NCBI RefSeq assembly: GCF_006345805.1
Contig: NC_043016.1
Location: 6,572,001 to 6,636,000 of the forward strand
DNA from: Octopus sinensis
Taxonomy: Eukaryota
Length of the DNA stretch: 64,000 nt
Direction of reading: 5' to 3'
Below the pieces are notes generated by a model that did no database searches, had not been told where the DNA came from, and saw only the letters and a list, made by a program, of their open reading frames with translations. Shown here piece by piece: positions 11,881-24,703 of the stretch (position 1 is its first letter; each line of letters begins with the position of its first letter). Position numbers and translations under genes: made by a program.

Positions 11881-13299
11881 AAATTTGTATACTAAATTTA
11901 AATGTATAGGAAGGGCTACTACTACAGGGGAGGATTACTACAAGACTGTAAGAAGACTATTTAGGGTCAATGGCAGGAGATTTAATAAAAAAAATAGTTT
12001 GTTTAAAGCTTTCCTTTAAAACTTGTTTTATTGAATTTAATATATTAAGGACACTGAACATTTATTTCAAATTAAATATATTGGAAACATGGGTGTATTA
12101 GAAAATTAACTCCATTTTCTACATATTTTACATGTTCGTTGTGAGCTACCCTACATTAATTAACCAGTCTCAGGTGTTGTTTCAAGATTTTATCAAATTT
12201 TTTCCCTAAAGTAATTTTATTATCAGCTCTTTGACTTTTCATGCTTTCAATGTAATCTGCTGATTAGATAAAAATATTTTCCTATATCCCAAATGATGTG
12301 CTATTCTAAGCAATTGCTGAATAAAACATTTTATTCAAATATTCTATGATATTTGGGGAAATTTTTAAAAAAATGTATTTCATACTCTAGGGAGTCAGAA
12401 GCTGTTTCATTATTAAAAAGGTCGGACACGAAATTGTTCTTATATCAATGTGGATTGTGATATCCAAGGAAAAAGCAGGGATTTCTTTATTGCAAGACTT
12501 TTCTCTATACTATATATGCGTGTGTTTGTGTGTGTGTGAATTTCTCTCTCCCTCTCTCTCTCTTCTCTCTCTCTCCCTCTCTCTCTCTCTCTCTCCATCT
12601 AAATTAAAATTTAATAAAGTATTATTACTATTATTAAAATAACAATAGGGTAAGGCCAATTTTATTATGTTCCTTACATACACCATGTGTTTTTTTTAAT
12701 AGTGGCAAATTTGTGGCTTTGGAGTGTTAACTCCTATTTCTAGCAAGTGGTAATCCAGTGCACTAATTAATTTATATGTAAATTTTACCTATTTAGGTTA
12801 AACTTGCTGACCACTTTATTATTATTGTTATTTTAATAATGGTAATAATACTTTATTAAATTTTATTTATATATATATATATATTGGCCTGCTCGCTTAG
12901 CCAGCGGGGTGGCATCATTCAAAGGCTGAAACAATGCAAATGCATTGTGACCAGCGATGTGTAACAACTTCTGATGGTCTGGTCGGTCACGTGGTCACGT
13001 GATATATATATATATATATGAAGGGATGCTGAATGGTTCCTGAATGGTTCCTACATCAAACTCGCCACTGGTACTTTATTTTATCAATCCTGAAAGGATG
13101 AAATGCAAAGTTAACCAAGCTCTTGTTGCAGAGGTTACCTGTGGAAGGGGTAAAGGTGAGATGAAGTGGTGAGAAAGGATCTTCAGATGCTGGGCCTCAT
13201 TGAGAAAATGACAAGGGACCAGGAGATATGGTGATATGCTTTACTTGATAAGACCCATCAAGCTAAGTAAAATCGCTGTCTTCAACACATACAGGTATG

Positions 13300-13570
13300 T
13301 CCTTTCAGGTACAGGTACCACTTAAAAACACCTATGCAAGTACTGTGTTAATGCATCCATGACAGTGCTGTGTAGATACACCCATGCCAGTGGCATGTAA
13401 AAAGCATCCATCATGCTCTGTAAAGTGGTCGGTGTTAGGAAGGCTATCCAGCCATAGAAACCATTCCACAACAGACTGTTGGGGTCTGGACAGCTTCCCG
13501 GTTGGCCAGCACCTGTCAAGCCATCCAACCCATGCCAGCATGGAAAGCAAATTTTAAACGATGATGATGA
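13300..13570 (+). mobile_element. RTE-tail repeat (family C), diverged
   Basis: GTTAGGAAGGCTATCCAGC..AGAAACC...CCAACCCATGCCAGCATGGAAAGC..(GAT)n. Confidence 0.75.
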
Positions 13571-14164
13571 AGGTGACGATAATGATGATGATAATGGACA
13601 TAAAGAACCAGGAGAAATGCCACTAAGCATTCTATCTGCCGTGTTAACAATTCTGCTTTGGCAGACCATTCCAGCCGTTCTTCACTGTCAAAACGTCACC
13701 AATAATTTGGAGAGTCACCAAAGTAAATAATGTTTATGTCAACGCAATCAGCTGATATGTAATTATGTAATAGTTTGATGTGGTTCATTTTTGAGTTTGA
13801 ACTCTTCATTGATTTCACAATATATTGATTTCCCATAAAGTTGTGTCACAGCTTGTATTTATTTGTTTTGGTAATTATTTGAGTATTTCATTGAACAATA
13901 CCCAAATTGATCAAACAGCATTGCAGCTGCAGTTCACAGACATTATCTCCCACTCACCTTTTTGATTCTTGAGAAATGGCACGCTCACTCATTCTATCCA
14001 ATCTTCTGCACTACATTAACTTATATATACACTTCCCTCAAACCTGGGTGCACCCTGCCACATCTTCACCACCTCTCTCTGCCTCCCTCCATCTCCCTCC
14101 ATCTCCTCTCTCCACTCCCTTCTCCCTCCATCTCCTCTCTCTCTCCTTTCTCTCTCCCTCCCTC

Positions 14165-14265
14165 TCCTTCCTTGCACGTTGGCAAAGGGAATCGTTAGTT
14201 TCACCAATATAATTTCCCTTGAATTTGGGGCAAGCAATGCAGTATATGAAGCTTTGCAGCACCAT
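14165..14265 (-). mobile_element. Penelope-like element GIY-YIG endonuclease fragment
   Basis: Translation SFIYCIACPKFKGNYIGETNDSLCQR fits the GIY..C..C...YIGET...L..R signature. Confidence 0.65.
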
Positions 14266-14348
14266 CATCCCTGACTGCCCTGGCTACCACTACCATAGAG
14301 ATAGATAAATGGAGTGACAGAGACAGAGACAGAGAGACAGAGAGACAG

Positions 14349-14391
<43 letters not shown>

Positions 14392-15379
14392 TAGATAAAT
14401 AGATAGACAGACAGCCAGATGGACAGATGGGACAGACAGACAGATAGAGGAGAGTGGAGATTTGTTTACATCGAAAACTTTTTATTTAAAATGTTTTCTA
14501 CAGCATATATAACAATGACCAGCAAATGTTTCTACTGTAGTGACCGCACATTGCTCTGTTTTTTTTTGTAATTATGCATCATAGTTGCTGCAATTTCATC
14601 AAGGGTCCATCACTTATGACATTTTTAAAGTGAACTAATTCAAACAAGCTCGCTGTGTTGCTATTCTGTTGAAGGTGATAGCATTACTTTTTAAATCAAA
14701 TTGAATCCTGGTCTCATAATCACTTCTACTGTGCGAGGCAGAACTGTTAGCACACTGGGCAAAATGCTCGGTAGCATTTCGTCCATCTTTACGTTCAGAG
14801 TTCAAGTTCCACTAAGGTCCACTTTGCCTTTCGTCCTTTGAGGGTTGATAAAATAAGTACCAGTTCAATACTGCAGAAGAGGGTCGATGTTGATTTTTGA
14901 TACATAACCGAGATCCCAGACTCGTTTTCTCATGTATGTTGCTGTTGTTAGTATTTTTATTAAGCAGAAGGTGGTGAAATGGCAGAATTATTAGTGCCAG
15001 TCAAGATCCTTAGTAGCATTTTGTCCAACTTTACACTCTTTGATCAAATTTTGCTGAGGTAACTTTGCCTTTCATTCTTTCAATGTTGATAAAATAAGTA
15101 CCAGATGAACATTGGGATTCATGGAATTGATTTATTGCTTCCCATGAAATTACTAACCCTGTACGAAAATTTGAAACCACTATTTTTATCATTATCACCG
15201 TTGTTTACTTTTAATCTAGATGTTTGTTGCAATCACTTACCAAGGCACACCCAACACCCTAAGGCAAGTGGAGGTTAAGAGATGTTGAAATATAATTGAA
15301 AGCTTGGTGATGGGAAGTGGCAAGGACAGTAGAGAAATACCTCCATATAATACAAGAGAAACATTTAAGTTCATAAGGT

Positions 15380-15872
15380 TTTTCTAAGGATGTGGGCAGC
15401 ACTTGTCAGCACAATCTTTTAGATTTCCTTGAGACATGGTTCTCCTGGGATGTTGTCTAAATGTTTATAGCATCCCTTTTCTATCATACCTAATATAACA
15501 TGGACAGTTTTTGCTTTAAGATTCAACATCTTTCGTATTTCAATTTCCAGGTCCTTATATTTACTAAGTTTGTCAAACTCCTTTACAGATATGTTTTTAG
15601 CAGTGGGAACACTTACATCTATTAGCCTGCAAGTATTTTCTTCCCTGTCTTTAATAACTATGTCTGGTCGATTAGCCTGAATCATTCTGTCAGCACTGAC
15701 TGGAAAATCCCAGCGGATGTTTTAGGTAGAAGCAGTCTACATCACTGCTGATGTGGAAAATATGAGTGCTGGTTAGTATCTTCTGGGTTTTCACATCAAT
15801 GGCTTGTATTTCATCAAGCATCCAATCAAATAGTCCAAATGTCGGTATGAGTACTGGCACTGCAAACACATT
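15380..15872 (-). mobile_element. R4/Dong-like LINE fragment (RT C-terminus fused by deletion to the REL endonuclease)
   Basis: NVFAVPVLIPTFGLFDW..DEIQAIDVKTQKILT...SDVDCFYL, then RPDIVIKDREENTCRLIDVSVP...KEFDKLSKYKDLEIEIRKM (PD..D..K restriction-like motif). Confidence 0.85.
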
Positions 15873-15877
15873 GTATG

Positions 15878-15908
<31 letters not shown>

Positions 15909-15917
15909 GTATGTATG

Positions 15918-15948
<31 letters not shown>

Positions 15949-15993
15949 GTATGTATGTATGTAAGTATGTATGTATGTATGTATGTATGTATG

Positions 15994-16024
<31 letters not shown>

Positions 16025-16141
16025 GTATGTATGTATGTATGTATGTATGTATGTATGTATGTATGTATGTGTGTATGTATGTGTGTATGTATGTATGTAT
16101 GTGTGTGTGTATGTATGTATGTATGTATGTATGTATGTATG

Positions 16142-16173
<32 letters not shown>

Positions 16174-16229
16174 TGTATGTATGTATATGTATGTATGTAA
16201 GTATGTATGTATGTATGTATGTAAGTATG

Positions 16230-16260
<31 letters not shown>

Positions 16261-16390
16261 GTAAGTATGTATGTATGTATGTATGTATGTATGTATGTGA
16301 GTGTATGTATGTATGTATGTATGTGTATGTATGTATGTATGTATGTATGTATGTATGTATGTATGGATGCATGCATGCATGCATGTGATG
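15873..16390. repeat. Long (TATG)n tetranucleotide microsatellite (~520 bp)
   Basis: Direct reading; source of all the YIHT/MYVC ORFs here. Confidence 0.97.
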
Positions 16391-17169
16391 ATTGTAAATG
16401 AGAATCATTGTCATAGCCGCATAAGAGGTGGGGATGTACATGCATGTATGTCAATGTGTGGGAATAAAGGTGCTGATGTAGTGGGGATCCAAAAGGGATC
16501 TCAAGGAGTAGCATCCCTGCCTTCCTGAGCTAGTTTTCCACCATATTTCTTAAAAATCATGGTAGAGGCCTTGATATCGGGACCACTCATGTCTAGAAAC
16601 TGAGGTTGGGGGTGGGGAACAAGGGCAGGCACCCTGTAGAAAATCCAGCTCCAAAAAAAGCCTCGTGATAGCAAAGGAGAAGGGGCACCAGCCAGCCAAC
16701 CCAAAGGCTGGAGTGGACTGCACCTGCCTACCAGCCACCCCTGTTAATGGGGTCAAAACCCAGATTTAAAACACTGGATGATGATGATGATGATGTAGGA
16801 CATGAGACAGGAAGTGTGGGGTGGAGGGTCTTGTGTGTGTGTGTGTGCGTAAGTGAATAACAAAAGAACATTAAACAAAGAATGTGAAGAATTTTGACTG
16901 GCTTATTGTTTGGTAGCATAGCTGTGAATGAAACCATCTTGTTTTGTACATCATCCTTTAAATGTTAAGAATATCATGCAGATCTTTTCATAGCCCCAGA
17001 TATCATGACCATCTGTAATGTACAAATTAAGGAGTTGCATTCTGTGTGTGTGTGTGTGTGCATGTATCTATGTGTTTTATGTGCACAAGTGTGTGTGTGT
17101 ATAATAGCAATTTTAAATTTAAAAACCGAAAGTATGAGGATTGAAATGAAAATTTAGATTAAAACTTAC

Positions 17170-17250
17170 GTGAATTGATAGCTTCTGTGTATTCTGGAGC
17201 ATGGACAAAGATAATCCTGTCTCGTTTCTTATAAACATTTTGAAGATAAT
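17170..17250 (-). CDS. Universal stress protein, internal exon (beta2 strand region)
   Basis: ttgatttctttcag| ... TCAC|gtaagt; 81 nt, phase 1 to phase 1, xYLQNVYKKRDRIIFVHAPEYTEAINS(P), matching the Usp Y..N.....D.(I/V)..VH.PE motif. Confidence 0.9.
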
Positions 17251-17347
17251 CTGAAAGAAATCAAGATAATAAAACACTTAAACACATAAAAAGAGTTAGC
17301 AGAATTATTATTATCATCATCATTATTATTATTATTATTATAGAATT

Positions 17348-17800
17348 GGTAAGATGGCAGAATTGTTAGTACACCAAGTAAAATGCTTAATGGTATTTCG
17401 TCTGTCAGGTGGCGAGCTGGCAGAATCGTTAGCACGCCGGGCAAAATGCGTAGCCGTATTTCGTCTGCGGTTACGTTCTGAGTTCAAATTCCACCAAGGT
17501 TGACTTTGCCTTTCATCCTTTCAGGGTTGATAAATTAAGTACCAGTTATGCACTGGGGTCGATGTAATCAACTTAATCCGTTTGTCTGTCCTTGTTTGTC
17601 CCCTCTGTGTTTAGCCCCTTGTGGGTAGTAAAGAAATAGGTATTTCGTCTGTCATTACATTCTGAGTTCAAATTCCACCAAGGTTGACTTTGCCTTTCAT
17701 CCTTTCAGGGTCGATAAACTAAGTACCAATTGTGTACTGAGGTCGATCTAATCGACTGGCTGCCTCCCTCAAAATTTCAGGCTTTGTGCCTATAGTAGAA
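17348..17800 (+). mobile_element. Composite/nested SINE family A
   Basis: Degenerate head at 17348, complete copy 17408-17638 bracketed by an identical 16-mer GGTATTTCGTCTGTCA (17392-17407, 17639-17654), then a second core block. Confidence 0.85.
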
Positions 17801-17803
17801 AGG

Positions 17804-17856
<53 letters not shown>

Positions 17857-17879
17857 CATTATTATTATTGTTATTATTA

Positions 17880-18370
17880 TGTGAGAGAGCAGTGCATGCC
17901 ATCAAAGTGACACTGAGGTAAAATATACGAAGCCCAGTACACCCATCATGACTACCCATCCGATAAGGGTACACCAGGCACATGACCTTGCAGGTGGAGC
18001 CTAGTTAGAATTTTCTGCAGGTCGAGTTGTCCATCCCACTCAAAAGGTCCCTGAATAAGGGTTGTGGAAGGACGTTGAACAAAACACCCATGTTTCCAAA
18101 GGTGAATTATACAAACCATAAAGAATCCCTCTTGGCACATGGCTATGATGCTCCCCCACTACTTCTGCTCATGATTAGAAATGCACATATCATCAGCCAC
18201 TGAGGGACATGCTCAAATGGTTAAGGTCAAACAACTGACAAGCAAATTTGTGGTATATTTGCTGTGCCCATCTTTTATACCAAGACAAAACAATGTACGT
18301 GATAACACTTCCAATGAGTTAACATCAGAAGCCATGAAAGTCACTGCCTGGTACTGCATCAGGGCATTTA
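17880..18370 (-). mobile_element. Non-autonomous interspersed repeat flanked by (TAT)n on both sides, possibly R4/Dong-mobilised
   Basis: Unique ~490-bp non-coding block sitting within TAA/TAT microsatellite, the known target of Dong/R4 elements. Family assignment and strand are inference. Confidence 0.4.
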
Positions 18371-18425
<55 letters not shown>

Positions 18426-18879
18426 TGTCATTTCATGTTTTAGAGCTCTTAATTTCACTTGTTCCGGCTAATTCTGTTAGAGCAACAACCTGTTGTCAAA
18501 GGCCTCACATTGTCTCAATCCACAATACTTAACATCCAAGTACCAGTCTCAAAACCCTCCCTGCCCTCAACGAAGCAGTTTCCCTGAGTGTGTTCTATTG
18601 TCATATCGATCCAAATTTCTCCAACAAATTTCTCAAACCTAGTTGTTAATGATTATTATTATTATTATTATTATTGACAAAATCATTAACACGCCAGGTA
18701 AAATGCTTAGCAGCATTTCATTGGCTTTTATGTTCTGAGCTCAAATTCCACCAAGGTCAACTTTACCTTTCAGTCTTTCAGGGTTAATAAAATAAGTATC
18801 AGTTGAACACTGGGGGTTGATGTGGTTGATTTAACACCACCATGATCGAAATTGCTGGCCTTATGCAAAAATTTGAAAC

Positions 18880-18931
<52 letters not shown>

Positions 18932-19436
18932 TAGTAGTCTTATCATTATTATTATTAATATTATTGAAGAAATTTATTATCTAATAAAGTGGTGGCAGGA
19001 TTGTTAATGTGTCAGGAAAAATAAATACCTTCTGGTATCTGTTCTTGTTCTTTACACACAAATCCCATCTAAATCAGCTTTGCTTTCCATCCCTTTTGGA
19101 GTTGACAAAACAAAGTACTAGTCATGTACTGGGGTTGATGTTATTACTAACCCCTTTTCCATAAAAATTGCTGGCTTGGGCCAAGATTTGAAATAATCTT
19201 TATATTTATTGTTGTTGTAGTTATTATTCTAATCATTAAGGTAGCAAGCTGGCAGAATCGTTAGCAGACCAGGTGAAATGCTGAGCAGTATTTCATTTGT
19301 CTTTATGTTCTGAGTTCTATTTTCACTGAGGTCACTTTTGCCTTTCATCCTTTTGGGGGTTGATAAAATAAGTACCAGTTGAGCACTAGGGTCAATGTAA
19401 TTGACTTAACTATTCCTGAGTAAGATTGTAAAAAAA

Positions 19437-20093
19437 CTGCACCCCTCTGCCAAGCCATGTTGAGCCTGTGTGGCAGAGTAAGCTCATTGAATCAGAATGA
19501 TCTCACGTTCAAATTCACAGCCTCTACATCAGACTATGGTTGGTGGAGAGAACATGCTGATGCCTTTGTACTGCAGTGGACTGTACATAGGCAATCCAAT
19601 CCATTACAATACAGTGTGACAAGTTGGCAGAAAAAGATATACATCATTTCGGAAGAGTTTAGAAGCTGGCTGCCCACATGGTTCTTGGTCTCAAGCATTT
19701 GTCTTATGAAGGAAGGCTGAAGACACTTGACCTTTATTCTTTCAAAAAAAGCCGCCACCGTGGTGATCTCATTCTCACTCACAACATCATAAGCAGAAAG
19801 TGTAACCTTCACTCCTGCTCCAGAGTGTGGGCTGTGGGGGTCACTCTCAAAAGCTCTATCTATGACGATTTCATCTCAATTGAAGGAGAGGGGCTTTCTC
19901 TGCCCGGGTTGCGGATCCGTGGAATAAGCTGCCGGACGAGATAGTGAAGATGCCGATGACCGCTCGGTTCAAAGTCTCTCTTGACCAGAAATGGCCCGAA
20001 CTCTTTGTATGACCACCCTCCCTGTACGTAACTCCCTGTCCCCCTACATGGCCTTGCTTTTGCTTTTTGAGCCAATAAAAATTGAATTGAATT
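19437..20093 (+). mobile_element. 5'-truncated CR1-clade LINE, 3' end
   Basis: ..GLKHLSYEGRLKTLDLYS...RHRGDLILTHNII...FSARVADPWNKLPDEIV...ARFKVSLDQKWPELFV*, then AATAAA and an (AATTG)n tail. Confidence 0.85.
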
Positions 20094-20840
20094 GGACAAA
20101 ATGCTTAGTGGCATTTCTTCCAGCTCTTTTCATTATGTGTTCAAATTCTGCCAAGGTCCACTTTGCCTTTCACCTTTCCAGAGGTCAATTAAATAAGCTT
20201 CAGTCATATACTGGAGTCAAAGGTATCAAACTGACCCTTCTACCCTCAAAGCTGTTAGTCTTATGCCTAAATCAGAAACCATTATAATTAACTGATGTTG
20301 TTGTTGTTGTTACTATTTCTATAGAAATTCCTGTAAAAATACAAACACAACAATGAAAGCATTTGAGGTGCTGGTATGTCCACACGATTAAGATGATTGC
20401 TTCACATTTCTTTGATTTCAGGCATACTCCCACTGCATGACCCCTTGAACAAGTGTCTTTTGCATCCTAGATGTGACCAAAATATTGTGAATGGAATTTT
20501 GACCATTCCTGTCCTTGGGCTTATCTTCTACCCAGTTTAGCACCACCATCTGATCTTTCAGTACTTTTAGCAGAATCCCAGCTATTGAAAACACTTAGGC
20601 CATGTTTATCTTCTCAAGACAACTTCTTACCTTTCCTCCTCTCACCAATCTCAAAGACTTTGAAAATGGCTCATCAAGGATGTCTTCAGGTATTTGCTAG
20701 AATAGCAGTCAAATACATCTCAAATCACATGCTACTCTCTTTTTTTCAAAAGGACACATTGGATAGCTACAGTCCAAGGTACACTGTGTTTGAATAAAAG
20801 ATAGGATGATTGATGCTGGGATATCTTTGACCTTATGTCA

Positions 20841-21840
20841 ACTGGGTAAGGATTGACCATCGATTAAGCAAGGACATTGACAAGGAAGTAGCTGGATAAG
20901 GATTGACCATGGATTAAGCAAGGACATTGACAAGGAAGTAGCAGGATAAGGATTGACCATGGATTAAGCAAGGACATTGACAAGGAAGTAGCTGGATAAG
21001 GATTGACCATGGATTAAGCAAGGACATTGACAAGGAAGTAGCTGGATAAGGATTGACCATGGATTAATCAAGGACATTGACAAGGAAGTAGCTGGATAAG
21101 GATTGACCATGGATTAAGCAAGGACATTGACAAGGAAGTAGCAGGATAAGGATTGACCATCGATTAAGCAAGGACATTGACAAGGAAGTAGCTGGATAAG
21201 GATTGACCATGGATTAAGCAAGGACATTGACAAGGAAGTAGCTGGATAAGGATTGACCATCGATTAATCAAGGACATTGACAAGGAAGTAGCTGGATAAG
21301 GATTGACCATGGATTAAGCAAGGACATTGACAAGGAAGTAGCTGGATAAGGATTGACCATGGATTAATCAAGGACATTGACAAGGAAGTAGCTGGATAAG
21401 GATTGACCATGGATTAAGCAAGGACATTGACAAGGAAGTAGCTGGATAAGGATTGACCATGGATTAAGCAAGGACATTGACAAGGAAGTAGCAGGATAAG
21501 GATTGACCATGGATTAAGCAAGGACATTGACAAGGAAGTAGCAGGATAAGGATTGACCATGGATTAAGCAAGGACATTGACAAGGAAGTAGCTGGATAAG
21601 GATTGACCATGGATTAATCAAGGACATTGACAAGGAAGTAGCAGGATAAGGATTGACCATGGATTAAGCAAGGACATTGACAAGGAAGTAGCAGGATAAG
21701 GATTGACCATGGATTAAGCAAGGAGATTGACAAGGAAGTAGCAGGATAAGGATTGACCATCGATTAATCAAGGACATTGACAAGGAAGTAGCTGGATAAG
21801 GATTGACCATGGATTAAGCAAGGACATTAATAAGGAAGTA
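20841..21840. repeat. Minisatellite, 20 x 50 bp
   Basis: Unit GCTGGATAAGGATTGACCATGGATTAAGCAAGGACATTGACAAGGAAGTA repeats with no length variation over exactly 1000 bp. Confidence 0.97.
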
Positions 21841-22299
21841 GTGGACATTAGATAATGCGCTTCGAGATATGTTGTCTAAATATGAAAGAATTGTTGGGGT
21901 GGCCACATCTAGAACATCTTTGATTTTATATGTGTTCAAAAAGAACTGAACAAGTTCCAAATAAGGAATAGAGTCCTAAATACACTATATCTGAATAAAA
22001 TGCAGGATGGTCACTATTGGAATACCATTGATCACAGGTCTACTGAATCAGGGCTGACCAAGGGCTAAATAACAAAAATAAGCCAGTAAAAATAAGGTAA
22101 TGAGCATGAATTGGTAAGAGGGAAAGTGATCTATGAGAATAAGAAATTGTTGTTTAGCCCCAGGTCAGTCTTGATCCAGTATGCCTATGATCAAAGCTGC
22201 TTTAGTCCCAGCTACGTAGCATATCTAGGATTACTCTTGTGTCTATCTTGTTTTGCTTTTGTTTAGCTCCAGATCAGTTCTCATCCACTATATCTGATC

Positions 22300-22788
22300 A
22301 TTGCCAGAGCAGCCAACTGGCTTCTGTACCCGTGACACGTAAAAGGGCACCATTCGAGTGTGATTGTTATCAACGTCGCTTCACTGGCACCTGTGCCGGT
22401 GGCACGTGTAAAAAGGATTCGAGCGAGGTCGTTACCAGTGCCGCCTGACTAGCCCCCGTGCCAGTGACATGTAAAAGGGCACCATTCGAGTGTGCTCGTT
22501 ACCAACGTCGCTTCACTGGCACCTGTGCCGGTGGCATGTGTAAAAAGATTCAAGCGAGGTCATTACCAGTGCCGCCTGACTGGGCCCCGTGCCGGTGGCA
22601 CGTAGAAAGCACCCACTACACTCTCGGAGTGGTTGGCGTTAGGAAGGGCATCCAGCAGTAGAAACTCTGCCAAATCAAGATTGGAGCCTGGTGCAACCAT
22701 CTGGTTTGCCAGCCCTCAGTCAAAACCGTCCAACCCATGCTAGCATGGAAAGCGGACGTTAAGCGGCGATGATGATGATGATGATGAT
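22300..22788 (+). mobile_element. RTE-tail repeat (family C) with internal subrepeats
   Basis: Duplicated GTAAAAGGGCACCATTCGAGTGTG..CGTCGCTTCACTGGCACCTGTGCCGGTGGCA blocks plus the canonical (GAT)n tail. Confidence 0.88.
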
Positions 22789-23084
22789 ATACTAATGATC
22801 TTTATACTAATGCTCTTTATTATGGCATAGAATTCCTAGGACTACATTATCTCAATGTGTCTTCTTTGTTATCTTGTTATTGATGTTCAGCCCATAATAA
22901 GGCTTGGTCCAGCAGACATATTATCAAAGATATTTCAGTTGTAACCATCTCATCTTTTATTCAGTCATAGAATACCTAGGACTACATTAACTAATGTATC
23001 TTTCTTTGATGCTGCTGGTATTTAGTCCCAAAACCATCTCTGATCAAAACAACCTGTTGAAAATGTGCTCTGCCAAAGGCAAAG

Positions 23085-23395
23085 ATGATGATGGTGGTGA
23101 TGGTAGTGGTGTTGGTGGTGGTGATTGTGGCGATGATTATGATGGTGGCGGCAATGATTAAGGTAGTAGTGGCGATGATTATGGTGGTGGTGGTGGTGAA
23201 GGTGGTGGTGGTGGTGGCGGCGATGATTATGATGGTGGCGGCAATGATTATGGTGGTGGTGGTGGTGGTGATGATTATGGTGGTGGTGGTCGTGATGATT
23301 ATGGTGGTGGTGGTCGTGACTGTGAGGATGATTACAATAGTGGTGGTGGTGGTGGTGGCAACAGCAGCTGCTGTTGATGTGATGATGATGATGTA
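23085..23395. repeat. Cryptic (GGT)/(GAT) trinucleotide repeat with higher-order GATGATTATGGTGGT units
   Basis: Direct reading. Confidence 0.9.
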
Positions 23396-23963
23396 TTTTA
23401 TTTTTATGTTTCTTTTGCTTTGTTTTGTTCTCTTTATCTCCCCCCCCCCGCCCCCGCTCTTTCTAATTTCCAATATTGATTCAAAAACATAAGTTAATGG
23501 ATTTTGTCTTAATTCATGTTTTTGTTGTTGTTGTTGCTGCTGCTAAGGAAACTGTCATTCATTAATTAGTTGATGGATTTATTTATGATTTGAAAATTAT
23601 GTTTATCCCTAAAAAATCACACAGGGTCCCAAATTATCTTTAATTACCTTCAATTATCCACTAACTATCCAATATTCAACCCTACTGCCTCAAGGCAAAT
23701 CTATTTTTGCACACAATTTGCCTCACATCTGGCGATAATTTAAGAGAATGTGGTGATGGTGGTCGTCGTCATGGTGGTCATGGTGGTCATGGTGGTCGTG
23801 GTGGTGGTGTTGGTGGTGGTAGTGGTGGTTATCATTGTTGCTGTATTTGATGTTGTTTCTACTACTACTGTTGTAGTAGCTGCTGTTTAATTTTTAATTA
23901 AATCATATCTCCTGCAAGCTAAGACTTGATCAACCCCTACTGAGCATTAAAATAATATTGACA

Positions 23964-24011
<48 letters not shown>

Positions 24012-24365
24012 TCAATAATGATGATAATAAGTCTCCAAAACAATGAAATTAGGCTGTAAATCAAAATAGAATGGAAAACAACAAAGCAGATCTTTTAGTC
24101 ACAAAGAGAAGAAACCGTTTATTGTCATCAGCGCCGTGCATCCATTTGAGTGAAGACAAAAGACAAAAGAATAAGTAGAATATTACACCAGCTTAAAGTT
24201 TGAAAATGTTAAATCCTGGAATATAGAACTTAAAAATAGTCATGACCACGGAACTACCGTGGGTAAGTGTCTTCTGCTTAATAGCTTTGGGCCAACCGCA
24301 ACTTTGTGAGTTGATGTGGTAGACAGAAACTGAAAGAAGCTCAATGTATTTGTGTGTGTGTTTTG

Positions 24366-24694
24366 CATACATGTGGCACGTAAAAGGGCACCATTCGAGC
24401 ATGATCGTTACCAATGTCGCTTCACTGGCACCTGTGCCGGTGGCACGTGTAAAAAGGATTTGAGCGAGGTCGTTGCCAGTACCGCCTGACTGGCGCCCGT
24501 GCCGGTGGCATGTATAAAGCACCCACTACACTCTCGGAGTGGTTGGCATTAGGAAGGACATCCAGCTGTAGAAACTCTGCCAGATCAAGATTGGAGCCTG
24601 GTGCAACCATCTGGTTCGCCAGTCCTCAGTCAAATTGTCCAACCCATGCTAGCATGGAAAGCGGACATTAAACGATGATGATGATGATGATGAT
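24366..24694 (+). mobile_element. RTE-tail repeat (family C)
   Basis: Colinear with the 3' part of 22300-22788. Confidence 0.88.
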
Positions 24695-24703
24695 ATATAT
24701 ATT

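Noticed and set aside
11405-12019. 204-aa ORF with poly-Val/Ala; likewise 140-554, 22991-23492, 26447-26889 and 43404-43949
   Set aside because: Trinucleotide or GA repeats lacking stops by composition; no domain signal.
13955-13990. Minus-strand ATG...AAAAG|gtgagt mini-exon (MSERAISQESK) as USP exon 1
   Set aside because: Lies downstream of exon 17170-17250 and ends in phase 2, incompatible with the phase-1 exon at 9408.
15690-16528. Long ORFs (up to 274 aa) rich in YIHT/MYVC; likewise 48339-49134, 54120-54616 and 56303-57061
   Set aside because: Translations of tetra- and dinucleotide microsatellites, open in several frames on both strands.
16500-16540. HDV-like ribozyme at the start of an RTE-related repeat (16500-16795)
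   Set aside because: Only a loose GTAGCATCCCTGCC resemblance; the P1/P2/P4 pairings could not be built.
20841-21840. CRISPR-like array
   Set aside because: Units are contiguous with no unique spacers, there are no cas genes, and the context is eukaryotic.
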